Shown piece by piece: positions 12,936-25,316 of a stretch of 64,000 nt of DNA (positions are counted from its first letter, which is position 1; each line of letters begins with the position of its first letter). Made by a program: the position numbers and the translations under genes. This DNA comes from Felis catus. Lineage: Eukaryota. The stretch spans positions 74,774,001-74,838,000 of the forward strand of contig NC_058368.1 of the NCBI RefSeq assembly GCF_018350175.1, written 5' to 3'. The notes below the pieces were generated by a model. That model was not told the origin of the DNA, made no database searches, and saw only the letters and a list, made by a program, of their open reading frames with translations.

Positions 12936-14579
12936 AATATATATACACATATATGTATGTATAACATGCATAACATCATATAAAGTCTCTTGCAGTTTCT
13001 TCCAGATCAAGGGTCGGTGATTCTTTCTGGGTTTTAGGCCAATGTTATACACACAACCACAAATCTCAAACTTCAATGAAATGCTTTTTATGTTATAAAA
13101 GAGGAAAGATTTTCAAACTTTGGGTGACTCTGAATTTTCAAGGTCGTGTGACTGAGAACACACCCAGCGTTTCTCACGTGTTGTCCCCTTGGTGTCTCCT
13201 CCTCCCATTTGTGCTGACCTGTTAGTCCTTCCCTAGTCACCTGAAATTCGGCAATGGTTATTCTTAATCCTCTTGTCAGAGACTGCGTAAATAACGCTAG
13301 TGCTTGTCTATGCTGGATGTGCCTTCTGGGGTCAATGAAGAAATATTTTTGCGTGAAAACTTGAACTTTCTCTTGGATAAAGGCCTGCTGTTTTCATAAT
13401 TCACCTACAATTATGTCATCAGAGCATTTTTTTTTCCAGGACTGCCAGGCATAGAGTAATTGATAACAGAACAGCTATACTGTAGAGTGACTGAACTTTA
13501 TGAAAATAAACCACAGTTAGCGTTTGAAACTTACACGAAAGAGAGATTAATGGCTCAGGGGAGGAAGACATTCTATAAATCACTGCAACTCACATGTCCA
13601 TGGCCAGCTGCAGTGATTGGTGAATGATTCTAGACATTTTACACTTCCAGTGATCAATAAGGGGCAGTAAATTAGAAGGGTTGGACAATATTAGTTGTCC
13701 CAGGCAGTTTATTTAAGGCTCTGTATGTCTTACTTCATGCTAGGAGGCAAAATGAAGAATGCCCCACCATCCTGGCTCATTTCGGCTTGCTTTCTGTGCC
13801 CACATCTCTTTACTCAACCATTTCAACCCCTACAATGTGGGAATGAATTACGGTCCTAGGGGATGAACGTGAGATTATTTGAAAAGTGCATTTTACTGTT
13901 CAGATGCACAATGTTAGAGAAGTGGAAAATATTTTAATTAGTAATACATCAATCATTCCGAATTTCTTGACAAAAGAGATATTTTGGAGATGAATTTGAG
14001 AATTAAGCACTTAAGGAGGAGTCACCTTATGAATATAAATGGATTCATGGGATCTGTTCATCAGTTTGAAGCTTCGCGCAATTGAAAAGTTGTAACAGGA
14101 GTTTATTGTTAAAAAGTAACGTGAACAACTCTTTTAATTCAATGTGTCATTTGAGTTGTCGTTAAATAGCCATAGCTTATTTTGAAATACAAATTAATTA
14201 TCTATTACAAGCATGCTATTGCTTATTTTCTTCAAAGTCTCATCAGTATGCAAATGACTCTAATTAGGTCACTGTCAGACAATATTAGTGCAGAGTCACT
14301 TTCCATAGTTTAGAATGAAAGGCTTTGGTTCCTAAATATTTATAAAACTGTTTCTCAAATCAGCTTTACTTAATTGGGATCATTCCGGAAGTCTTATCGG
14401 TTCAGAGGAAATAATTTCTGACAGCGAAGAAAAAAAAAAAATCATTCTTTAAAAAAAAGCCCGGATGTCTAATTGACATACAGAGGAATGGGATATTGGA
14501 GAATATTCCTATTTGTCATATAAATTTTGTTTTTTATACTCAAATCACTAAAATGTCTTTCTGTATATTTTTATCATCT

Positions 14580-14616
14580 TTTTAAAAATTTTATTTTAAT
14601 GTGTATTTATTTTTGA

Positions 14617-14647
<31 letters not shown>

Positions 14648-14818
14648 CATGAGTGGGTGGGAGGGGGGAGCTGAGAGACAGAGACCCAGAATCTGAAGCA
14701 GGCTGAAGGCTCTGAGCTGTCAGCATAGAGCCCAATGCCGGGCCTGAACTCACTAGCTGTGAGATCATGACCTGAGCCCCAAGTTGGACACTTAACCAAC
14801 TGAGCCACCCAGGGGCCC
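14580..14818 (-). mobile_element. CanSINE
   Basis: Antisense full body with (GA)n. Confidence 0.95.
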
Positions 14819-15802
14819 GGTAATCTTTTTTTTTTAATGTATCACCATGAGAACAAAGGATTAACATAATTGCAAATCACTTTAAAGAAAATTTCATTCA
14901 TGAGGAATAATATCTGTGTATAAAGTAACAGAATTAACATAATAGATATTAATTAATAAAACAAGGCATCCCGTGGCTGCATTACTACGAGTCCCATACA
15001 GTGGATTCTGATTAAGCAACAAAGGATGCCTTTTCCTATGCCCCATCCCTAAGATCTACTCAGATCACAGACATCTTTTCTTGGAACAGCCATAGCAAGC
15101 TTTCTTGTATCATTCAAACTCTCTGACACCCTCTTTACTGTTGAGTGTAGCATATGTCTAAAGCGATAATTTGGAAAAGGAATAGCAAGGAGGGAAAAAT
15201 AAACACTGTAATACGTTTCCTGGGCACTGCAAGCCAAACTAGTTTGATGTCTCCCCTTTGGAACGATCGAGATACGAGCAAAGAGAGCAGCTCTTTGAAG
15301 GAGTTGACGTGCAAGCGGGGGGTGGGGGGGGTGGGGGGGAAGGGATCAATACAATCAGAGACAAAAATGCAGGGACACAGAAGTTGGAAAGCATGAGAAG
15401 ATAATGGTTTGGAGACTTTAAGATGTGAAGGACAGGAGAGACTTGATAGAAAGGAAGAGGAGAGGTGAGCAAATACAAAACAGGAAGCCCGGGAGAAGGC
15501 TAAAAAAAGCAGAAGCACGCAGGCACTGGAAGAAAACAATGAGGCTCCTCGAGCCATTTCCGCAAGAGGAGGCAGAAGGACTTTGTGTGCCAGACTCCGT
15601 GCAGCGTGGCCGCACCTGTCACCTCTACAGCATCCTTCAGACCAGATACCATTTCTCCTTTGCAAACGAGGACACCAGAACAGAGAAGGCTACAGCAGTT
15701 TGCTCTGGCTGGCCAGCGCAGAACTCAAGGCCAGTTCTTTCTCTTTTAGAAGATGAGCGCATAGAAAATGTGTCATATTATTTCTTTATGACTCAGTTTC
15801 CC

Positions 15803-15962
15803 TGGGGGCGCCTTGGGGGCTCCTTGTGTTGAGCATCTGACTCTTGATTTCAGCTCAGGTTATGACCTCAAGGTTTGTGCGTTCGTGCCCCACGTCAGGC
15901 TCTAGGTTCTTTCTCTCCCTCTCTCTCTGTCCCTTTCTCTCTCTCTTTCAAAGTAAATAAAT
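15803..15962 (+). mobile_element. CanSINE with internal deletion
   Basis: Head, missing middle, CT linker, tail. Confidence 0.9.
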
Positions 15963-17639
15963 TTCCTCTTCTGGGGTTTGTGTGGATGTAAAGAATTAGG
16001 TATGTTTACCAATGACTCCTAGATGTAGGACACATTCATAAACGTGGTGTTTTTGTTCCTATGTGTCTAAACACTGTGGTCTAATTACGGTTATCCTGGA
16101 TACAACTTGCACATATAATTCCTTCTTAAACTTCTCTGATTTGCCCTTGAAGCAAAGCTGCTCATCTACCAGGACCTACCCTCCAACCTCCCACAGTATA
16201 GTGTCTAGCGTTTCCTCCGACTAAACACGGAGCTCATTTTTAAAGGATCCTATTTGAAGGCTATTGTTCAGAATTCCATATTGTTTCCATTAGACATTTT
16301 ACTAACACCCGGCTGGTAGCAGAAGAGTTTGGTACTCTGGGCGAGCAGATAGGCAATTTAAGGATTCTTTTACAAATTATTTTTAATATTACCAACCCAT
16401 AACAAATCACAATGTTACATAAAAACTATTTCCCTGTGTAAATCGTATGACGTGTGTATCAAAATGCAATTTAGTTATCAGTAAGGTTAAAAAAAACTCA
16501 GGTTCACATAACAATATCAAGTTAATATGGTTATTTTTTTCTTCATTAATTTGACACCCATGCTATTGATGTGCTCTTGGCTATTAACAGCACAATGTTG
16601 TCGGGATGGAGCATGTTTATGTTTCTGGGTGCCATGTAATGATGTAATGTCTCAATTTTTCTACCCTCTTTGTTTTTGTTGTTGTTGTTGTTGTTTTCGG
16701 ACTTACTGTGTGGAACACGTCATTGAATCTTCCCTTGATATAAATAAATCGATCATATGGTCTGTCGACATTAGTTATATCTTCCTAGCCCATAGCCACT
16801 AAAAATAACATTATGCGTTGCAATGCTGGACAATGAAATTTGGAGATCGCATTCGATAAAAATGATCATTCACATCATCAATATATGCCTAGATCCAATT
16901 GTTCATCGGTCTCCATCAAAGTATAAAGCACATATTTAGGCATTTGTATCTATACTGTGGCCTACTGGCCGTCCTAAACATTGTAGCCTGAAAATCTAGA
17001 ACTTCCCTATAAATGTTTTTCTGAGCTTCTAAAAGAGGAAGGAAGGCCAGCTAGCCTAAAATATCACAGGGGACAGGGAACGGCATTCTAAACAGTCACC
17101 GAAGCCACCTGCTCTGAGTGCATTTGCCACTGCGCTGACCTCCATGCTTGCGCGTTAATATTAGTGTGGGAGACGGGAAATGGCACCTTCGGCTCCCATG
17201 ATTGAACCCCCACAACCATCTGTGATCCTCACGGTGTTACAGCTTCTCTAAAAAGGATCAGTAGAAGCAAATAGGTTTTCTGTTACCAGGGTAATTTTTA
17301 TCTGCATCAGCCTAGGGTCTCCGAAGGGGAATAATCTTTCCGCAGATAATTGATAGTGATTAATTTCCTTGCACATAGATTTAGGATTTGGACTCGGATT
17401 ATTTATATTATTGTCATGGTTCCAGTAATGCTGGAGTTGAGAAATAAGATAATATGATTTTCAACCGATAGCTCCCAGGGGGGCCTGATAGAAGCCCATG
17501 CAAATCTCTTCTGGAGAGATACGGCCTTCATCAGACACCTCAGGGGTCTCTTTCCACGCCCCGTGTCTCTTGATCACTCTTTTCTCTTGTTTTCTTTTAC
17601 CATCTACTTGACTGCATCCTGTGTAATTTCCAGGTCACT

Positions 17640-17990
17640 ACCTTTTGCAAGCTGTGCCTTAACCTGCTGTTGAATCCATCTGTTGACTTTTAAAGTCACG
17701 ATAATTTTATTATTTCTTTATTCTTGAAAGTTCTTTTTGTTTTCTCCCTGAGAAGTGTTTGGTAATCTTTCCACCTTACCTACATCTGGGACTCAGAAAG
17801 GGTAGAAGAGAGGATAAGGAGACAGACCAGCAATAGTTCATCAACCTTGCCTACATGACTGCTTTGTATTTTATCTGATGCTACAATCTGAGTTACTTGG
17901 CTATCCTCATTAGCGGTGTTTTATTATCACCACTGTTCACTCATGGTGAATTGTTTCCTTGTGTGAGAACATTGAAGTACTAATTTGTGA
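17640..17990 (-). mobile_element. Old L1M fragment
   Basis: ctgctgttgaatccatctgttgactttt...ttcttgaaagttct resembles antisense old L1. Confidence 0.45.
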
Positions 17991-18589
17991 GTGCTGTCCT
18001 CTTACAAGGGTTTTTATTTGCCTTGGAAATAAGGTGCCAGTGGAAAGGAGTGACGTCAAAGGTGCATTTCATCCCCTGCCTTTGGGTCTCCATAACTGCC
18101 AGGACTAATTTCAACTTAAGAAAAGTAAGAATAATCTTATTGTAAGTTCTCAGGCATTCGGTGACCCTTTAACCAAAATTTCCAGACTCTAAACTCCCTA
18201 GCACATACAGATTCATTCACTTGCGTGAGGAAAAGTACACGGAACACAGGGCCTGTTTTGCCACCTTTCCTCCAAGTCCTGCCCGCCTGTCTGTTTACTC
18301 GCTGTGACTGAGGAAGATACTGTTCTTCACTGACTTCGAGCGTCAGAAGAAATTAGCTTCGATCGTTCAATTTTAACATCTCGCTCTATACCTTAGATCA
18401 AATTCAGTGCCTGTTTTTGAAACGAGGGGGAGAGAGGACAGAAAATAGTGAAAAACCATGCGTCACTTGACAGAGTTGAGATAGATGAGTCCCTTTGTCC
18501 ACTGTGTTCAGTGACACAGTCCAAGTCTAGAACACTATCTGGAACAGGGCAGCTTCATGTACTGAGACTGAACATAGGATCTCATTTAT

Positions 18590-18892
18590 GTGTGCAATCC
18601 AAACCAAGTGAGAACGAGCAAGCAAAACCTCGTCGAGAAAGAGATCGGATTTGTGATTACTAGAGCAGGGAGTATGCAAAGAAGAAGTAAACGAAGGGGG
18701 TCAAAAGGTATAAACTTCCAGTTATAAGGTGAATAAGCACTAGGGGGAGGAATGAATAGCGTGGGGACTACAATCACAGCTGTGTGATAGACAGGAGAAG
18801 GGGTTAGGGATTAAGTCCTAAACGTTCTCATTGCAAAGGGCATTTTCTTCCATAGTTTTCATTGTCTCTATATGAGATGACGGATGTTAATT
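18590..18892 (+). mobile_element. L1 3'UTR fragment (L1MA/L1_Carn-like)
   Basis: gtcaaaaggtataaacttccagttataag...gttctcat...tgagatgacggatgttaa. Confidence 0.8.
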
Positions 18893-19348
18893 AAGTCAGA
18901 CAGAGAAAGACAAACGCCATACGATTTTCCTTACGTGTGGAATCTAAAATCAGATGAGTAAACAGACAGACAACAAGGAAAATCAGACCTATAAATACAG
19001 AGAACAGACTAACGGTTACCAGAGAGAGTGGGGTACGGGTGTAAAATGGGTGAAGGACAGGGCACCTGGGTGGCTCCGTCGGTTCAGTGTCCGACTCTTG
19101 GTTTCGGCTCAGGTCACCATCTCGCGGTTTGTGAGTTTGAGCCCCACATCGGGCTCTGTGCTGATAGAATGGAGCCTGCTTGGGATTCTGTCTCCCTCTC
19201 TGTCTGCCCCTCCCCTGCTTGCTCTCTATCTCTCTCTCTCAATAAATAAATAAGTAAACATGAAAACAACTTAAAAAATGGGTGAAGGAGAGTGGGGGAT
19301 ACAAGCTTCCAGGTATGGAATGAATAAGTCACCAGAATAAAAAGTACC
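18893..19348 (+). mobile_element. Second L1 3' fragment (L1_Carn-like) interrupted by a SINE
   Basis: agtcagacagagaaagacaaa...tgtggaatctaa; resumes after the SINE with gcttccaggtatggaatgaataagtcac. Confidence 0.85.
19060..19273 (+). mobile_element. CanSINE inserted in L1
   Basis: TSD aaaatgggtgaagga. Confidence 0.95.
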
Positions 19349-19379
19349 TCATAGATTTACAATATGTAATTAAAAGTTT

Positions 19380-19605
19380 TTGATTTTTATTTATTTATTT
19401 TTGAGAGACAGAGAGCACAGGCAAGGGAAGGGCAGAGAGAGAGAGAGAGAGGGAGGGAGAGAGAGAAGGGGAGACACAGAATCTAAAGCAGGCTCCAGGC
19501 TCTGAGCTGTCAGCCCAGAGCCCTACGCGGGACTCGAACCCACAAACCGTGAGATCACGACCTGAGCCAAAGTTGGACGCTGAACCGACTGAACCACCCA
19601 GGCAC
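19380..19605 (-). mobile_element. CanSINE
   Basis: Antisense full body. Confidence 0.95.
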
Positions 19606-19617
19606 TGTTAAGTAGTT

Positions 19618-20530
19618 TAAAAGTCAATTGTATTCCTATATGCTAGGCACAAATTACCTTTTTAAAGTAATGAAAAGAAGGATACTACTTACAGCAACAA
19701 CAAAAACGTTCAGGAATAATCAACAAAAGGTAAAGTATTTTGTGTGGAGACACCTAAGACTTTATTAAGACAGATTTAGGATATGATACCACATTCATAA
19801 TGATAAGATCACTAACACAAATATATAAAGTGCTCGAGATTCCTCTCTGAATTGAAGGTAATATCAATAATTTCTTACCAAATTTTTTAGAAACGTCAAC
19901 AATCTTAAATTGCATTTGAAAGAGATAGTTACCAAAAATAACTAAGACAATATTAAAAAAGCTTAACGTGGAAAAATGTTTCCTGCCTGATCTCAGCCCA
20001 TAAGCAATCATTACAGGTATAGAGATAAATAAATATACTTATTTAATAGAAAACAGAAAAAAAACTTCTATATGAATATGCATATTCATATATGCAAAAA
20101 AACTTCATATATGAATAAGCATAAAATATGATAAAATTGGGGCGCCTGGGTGGCTTAGTGAGTTAGGTGCCTGACTTTGGCTCAGGTCATGATCTCATGG
20201 TTCGTGAGTTCGAGCCCCAGGTCGGGCTCTGTGCTGACAGCTCAGAGCCTGGAGCCTGCTTCGGATTCTGTGTCTCCCTCTCTCTCTCTGCCCCTCCTCC
20301 ACGCACGCGCTCTCTCTGTGTCTCAAAAACAATAAGCATTAAAATAATATATGATAAAATTGGCATTGGTCTTTAGTGAGCCTATGGTATAAATTGTAAT
20401 TGTTAGCTATATTTGTTACCAATTGTATGTTGCATTAAGAAAAAGTAAAACTGGACCCCTCCACCAAAGGCAGATATTAATTCCGGGTAATTTTAAAGAT
20501 TTACATGTTGGTGGGAGGGAAGAAACCTTC
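19618..20530 (+). mobile_element. Old L1M ORF2 fragment (decayed, SINE-interrupted)
   Basis: aagtcaattgtattcctatatgctag; aaaattgcatttgaa-like and aaaactggacccct motifs of L1 ORF2. Confidence 0.6.
20139..20347 (+). mobile_element. CanSINE (SINEC_Fc)
   Basis: TSD atatgataaaattgg. Confidence 0.96.
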
Positions 20531-20589
20531 AAAAATTAAGATTTTATTGAAGTGTTCTAGCTATTTGTCGAATTTTTCGCTACTCTGTT

Positions 20590-20624
20590 CTTTTTTTTTT
20601 TTTAAGTTTATTTATTTATTTTGG

Positions 20625-20664
<40 letters not shown>

Positions 20665-20786
20665 CCCTCTCTCTGTGCTGTCAGCATGGAGCCTGATGTG
20701 GGGCTCGAACTCACAAACTGTGAGATCATGACCTGAGCCGAAACCAGGAATCGGACGTTTACCCAACTGAGCCACCCAGGCGCCCC
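20590..20786 (-). mobile_element. CanSINE
   Basis: Antisense body; imperfect TSD tttc(g)ctac(t/c)ctgttct. Confidence 0.95.
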
Positions 20787-20799
20787 TTTCCTACCCTGT

Positions 20800-21270
20800 T
20801 CTAACCTGTCATGATTTTTCTCTATATGGCAGAGGGCCAGGAGCCTGAAAACTACATTTCCTAGATTTCATTACCAACCAGTTTCCATTTTCTCTTTACT
20901 GTGTTTCTTTCTTTCACGGCAGTAACCAGGCTTCAGTGGCCTCACAGTGACAGGTGTCCCTGGCCTCTGTTTCTAGGAGGAAAGCCCTAAATTCAGGGAC
21001 TGCGGTCCCCTGGGTTCTTCCTAGGGCACAGGCAGGAACCCAGGCTCCTGGCTTTGCACCTTCTAGTTTTCTGTTACATAAATAAATAATAAATAGCGTC
21101 AACAGCAGCTTCCGTGTTAAAAGCCTCAAAGCTCTTATGGATTCTGGGTTGTCTTCTTATCTGATTTTACTTCCTCCTCTTCTCAACATTTTGTAAACAA
21201 TTCGCTACCTTACCTTTCTTATTTGAAATCCTTGGAAGATTTCTCCTTTCCCGACATTATTAACTGATGA
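20800..21270 (+). mobile_element. ERVL solo LTR (LTR33/LTR16-like)
   Basis: gaaaactacatttcctagatttc and terminal atttctcctttcccgacattattaactgat resemble LTR33-group motifs. Confidence 0.5.
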
Positions 21271-21600
21271 AAAGGAAACACACATTCTTAGTTCTGATTT
21301 AAAAATGTGAAGTATGAATCATAGACTCGGAAACATCATATTTATGATGGTGATAATCTCTGAGATGAGGAAGACAAAGGAATTATCGTGAAGCAGGGTG
21401 TGCTGGTTATTCTTGATTACTTCACATACTGGTAGGTGCATGTGTAAGTTTATATAATATTTCATATATTTTTAATGTTTGAAATTAAGTGATATTTATG
21501 ACTGTTAGATATGATATATAGAATATATAATGTAGACTTCTTAAGGATACATCTTCAAGCCACAAGACTCAAGGTTTCCTGGTTTAAAAAACAGATGGAG

Positions 21601-21823
21601 GGGCGCCTGGGTGGCTCAGTTGGTTAAGCGTCCGACTTCCGGTCTCGGCTCAGGTCTGGATCTCACGGTTTGTGAGTTCAAGCCCTGCATCAGGCCCAGT
21701 GCAGAGCCTGCTTGGGATTCTGTCTCTCCTTCTCTCTGCCTCTCCCCTACTTGTGCTCTCTCTCTCTCTCTCTCTCTCAAAATAAATAGACTTAAAAGTT
21801 TTTAAATAAAATTAAAAAAAAAA
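21601..21823 (+). mobile_element. CanSINE
   Basis: Full head, CT linker, A tail. Confidence 0.95.
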
Positions 21824-21839
21824 AGGAAAACAATTTGGC

Positions 21840-22430
21840 CAAGTCCTTGAATCAACCCTTTTTCTGGCCTTGCTCCCTCTAGGGTCTTTTTACCAGGACG
21901 ACCAGAGGCATCTTGTGAATATTTCAGTCCATTGATGTCGCTCCTCTGCTCAAACCCCTCCGGTGGCTCCCTTCTGATCCCTAGCAAAGCCCAAATCCCT
22001 ACTCCGCCCTCTAAGACTCTCCATAGTCTGGCTTCTCATTACTGTGCTGACATCTCTGTTCGTTTCTTTGTTCTCTCGGCTCTAGCCACATGGGTCTCTG
22101 GCAGGTTCTCCGCCCCCAGCCGCAGGATAGTCTTCTGGTACCGGCATGGCTAACTTGTTAACTTCTCAGCCCGTCTCCACTCGAATCTCTTCTTCTCTGA
22201 CGGGCTTTCCATGGAAATCCCTCCCCCAGGCATTTCTCATCTCACGAAGCATCATTTTGTCCCCTTTTCAGTCCTTATCATTTAATATGCTATTTACTTC
22301 TCTTACTGTCGTTATTAATTGCCACTCCACGAGATCATAAAGCGTGTAAAGGAAGGATTTTGTGCAGGGGCTATTAGTTGGCAATAGTAAGCACTTAGTA
22401 AGTATTTGTTGAATGAACAAATGAGTGAAG
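21840..22430 (+). mobile_element. L2 3' end
   Basis: ctcctctgctcaaacccctccggtggctccc and terminal taagtatttgttgaatgaacaaatga. Confidence 0.85.
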
Positions 22431-22659
22431 GAACTTCACTCTCCTACTGCAGTCTGGGTATATTGCACTTGAGTTTTTGCTATGCCTTTGTTAACAGCCT
22501 TTAAGTTTATGGAGTATTTAAAAGACGATCGGAGGAGGACTTGAAAAACCATCTTTAGAAAAAACAATCTATGAAACATGACACTATTTTACTGGAGGTT
22601 GGAAACCGAATCCACATTTCCTTTGTACTGAACACGGATTTGAATGTTTCTCTTGTTAT

Positions 22660-22742
22660 TTTAATTAATTAATTAATTAGTTTATTTATTTATTTATTTA
22701 TTTATTTTGAAAGGGAGAGAGAGAGAGAGAGGCAGAGAGATG

Positions 22743-22780
<38 letters not shown>

Positions 22781-22905
22781 CCCAAGCAGGCGCCAAGCTG
22801 TCAGTATGGAGCCTGATGCAGGGCTCCAACTCACAAACCGTGAGATCATGACCTGAGCCGAAACCTGAGTTGCCCGTCTAACCAACTGAGCCCCCCAGGC
22901 ACCCC
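22660..22905 (-). mobile_element. CanSINE (older subfamily)
   Basis: Antisense body with (ATTT)n tail and (GA)n. Confidence 0.95.
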
Positions 22906-23906
22906 TTTATTTTTAAAAACCCTTTTCAACTGGTAGGGTCAGCCTTGCTGTGCATCCACAGTCTGAATTTCCATGCTCTGGTGAGATTTTCTATTCCTGT
23001 AGCTTCACAGCACACACAAAACTTAGGGCAAGATCTACCTTTTGTAACTTGCAAGACTGTTTTATGGCCATTGTAATAGATTCTCATGTAAATGGTTATC
23101 TCTAGGATGCTTTATTAAAAAAAATCAGGAAAATTGCATTTCTGTGATTGTATTTTTAATGGAAGATTTGATGGAAAATTCTACGCAGATGAAAAAAAAA
23201 ATAACATCTCATAGCCAAATGCTTCCAGTGAAGATCATTTGCAGCCAAGCCGTTTCCTGATGGCAAAAATATTAAAATATCATTATGTCATCTATTAATA
23301 AAGTGCTACTTTAGCAATTTTTTGACACATTGAAGTAGGCTCTCTGTGTGCATTATACTGATAATCACTCATGTGTTCAGTATTTATAACCTGAACGTTC
23401 ATCCTAAATGGGATTCTTTGCAGACTCTTACTATTTATTTTTATTTAGTTTTTCATATGAAATATTATAAACTGAAACTACCATAACCTGAAAATGTTAC
23501 AGTAATAAATATAAAGATATTATCCTCTTTTGCTCAGCTGAATACACAGACATTTTAACGTTACTTTTCTGAGTATAGAGGAAATTTTCTTCGCACTTCA
23601 TACGTACGGGTATTTATTTTGTTGTTATTGGCGATGATGGTGGTAATGGCTGTTGGTATTCTGTGCGTAGAACCTCCCCACTGAAGTTTTATATTCTATG
23701 GAAGGAAGGCATGTTTGGGGGCATTAAGCAAATATTAAGGAAACTATGTATGGTAATTTTGCATTCTTTTTCCTTGTGATAATTTTAATAGATCACAGAT
23801 ATCAAGTTCTTGGTGATGAGACACTCTGTGTTTTCTATCGCAGGTCCCAGTGTCTCCCTAGAGAATGAGATAACTATTTACTAATTTTTAAAATGCAGTA
23901 TTATTT

Positions 23907-24123
23907 GGGGCGCCTGGGTGGCGCGGTCGGTTAAGCGTCCGACTTCAGCCAGGTCACGATCTCGCGGTCCGGGAGTTCGAGCCCCGCGTCCGGCTCTGGG
24001 CTGATGGCTCGGAGCCTGGAGCCTGTTTCCAATTCTGTGTCTCCCTCTCTCTCTGCCCCTCCCCCGTTCATGCTCTGTCTCTCTCTGTCCCAAAAATAAA
24101 TAAACGTTGAAAAAAAAATTTTT
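23907..24123 (+). mobile_element. Young CanSINE (CAGCCAGGTCACG variant)
   Basis: CpGs intact; TSD aaatgcagtat. Confidence 0.97.
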
Positions 24124-24399
24124 AAATGCAGTATGATTTAAAACCTAGTGGTAAAAAGTGAACTAAAGTCCTGGCATCTCAGTCACATTTCCCAAGTTCA
24201 AGTACTACCTATTCATAAATTAGGGTCTTGGGCAAAATACTCCTTTTTTTTAACTTCCATTTTCTTTTCTTTTTTATTATTTCCTTCTTATTTCATTATT
24301 CCCTGAACTCTCATCATTTCACAGAAGTGCCTCAAAGAAGTCAGTCCCAAATTGATGGGCGGGGGGACCAATCATCCCCATTTTAATTAGAGAAGCTCT

Positions 24400-24581
24400 G
24401 TTTATTTTTTAAAAAATTTTTTAATGTTTATTTTTGAGAGAGAGAGAGAGAGAAAGGGACGGAATGCGAGTGGGGGAGGGGCAGAGAGAAAGGGAGACAG
24501 AATCTGAAGCAGGGGCTCGAACTCATGGACAGCGAGATCATGACCTGAGCTGCTTAACCGACTGAGCCAGGCAGGTGCCCC
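24400..24581 (-). mobile_element. CanSINE with internal deletions
   Basis: GAAGCAGG joined to GGCTCGAACTC; head present. Confidence 0.9.
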
Positions 24582-24846
24582 ACGCTTTCAATATATTTTA
24601 GATCTGTAATTCCTAAGATTTCCTCGTTTTGTCATTCCATTGTGTTTACATTCTATATTCCATGATGGTTAGTCAACATATATTATGAACCTAATAGGTG
24701 TACATTTTTTTAACATGGATTTGTAAGTTTTAGTTTGAGCATTCATTTGGTTCATGCTTTAATTGTTCATATGACATTGTTTCAACAATCATTCAACAAT
24801 GTAAATTAGCAGTAGGTAATTTTTTGCTTAAAAATGTGGAATTCAT

Positions 24847-25042
24847 GGGGAACCTGAGTGGCTCATTTGGTTAAGTGTCCGACTCTTGGTTTTGGCTCAG
24901 GTCACGATCTCACAGTTTGTGAGGTTGAGCCCTGTTTCGGGCTCCGTGCTGACAGTGTGAAGCCTGCTTGGAATTCTCTCTCTTTTACCTCTGTACCTCC
25001 CTCCTCTCAAAATAAATAAAGAAGCTTACAAAAGTAAAATAA
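24847..25042 (+). mobile_element. CanSINE (older subfamily)
   Basis: TSD aaaaatgtggaatt. Confidence 0.95.
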
Positions 25043-25093
25043 AAATGTGGAATTTATTAAAGGCAATATAAACATTAAAACTGGTCTCATCAT

Positions 25094-25316
25094 GGAGCGC
25101 CTGGGTAGCTCAGTCGATTAAATGTCAGACTTTGGCTCAGCTCGTGATCTCATGGTCCGTGAGTTCAAGCCCCACATCAGGCTCGGTGCTGACAGCTCAG
25201 AGCCTGGAACCTGCATCAAATTCTGTGTCTCCCTCTCTCTCTGCCCCTCCTCTGCTCATGCTCTATCTCTCTGTGTCTCTCAAAAATAAATAAGAGAAAA
25301 AAAAATTAAAAAAAAA
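25094..25316 (+). mobile_element. CanSINE
   Basis: Imperfect TSD aaaactg(g/a)tc(t/a)catca. Confidence 0.95.

Noticed and set aside
15135..15832. Overlapping 176-aa and 135-aa ORFs
   Set aside because: Composition-biased, and they overlap G-runs, MIR-like and SINE sequence.
16707..16784. Minus-strand 78-nt open segment EDITNVDRPYDRFIYIKGRFNDVFHT ending at gtaagt, with a cadherin-like DVNDH nearby
   Set aside because: The acceptor lacks a polypyrimidine tract, the stronger upstream acceptor gives stops in all frames, and DVNDH is bounded by stops.
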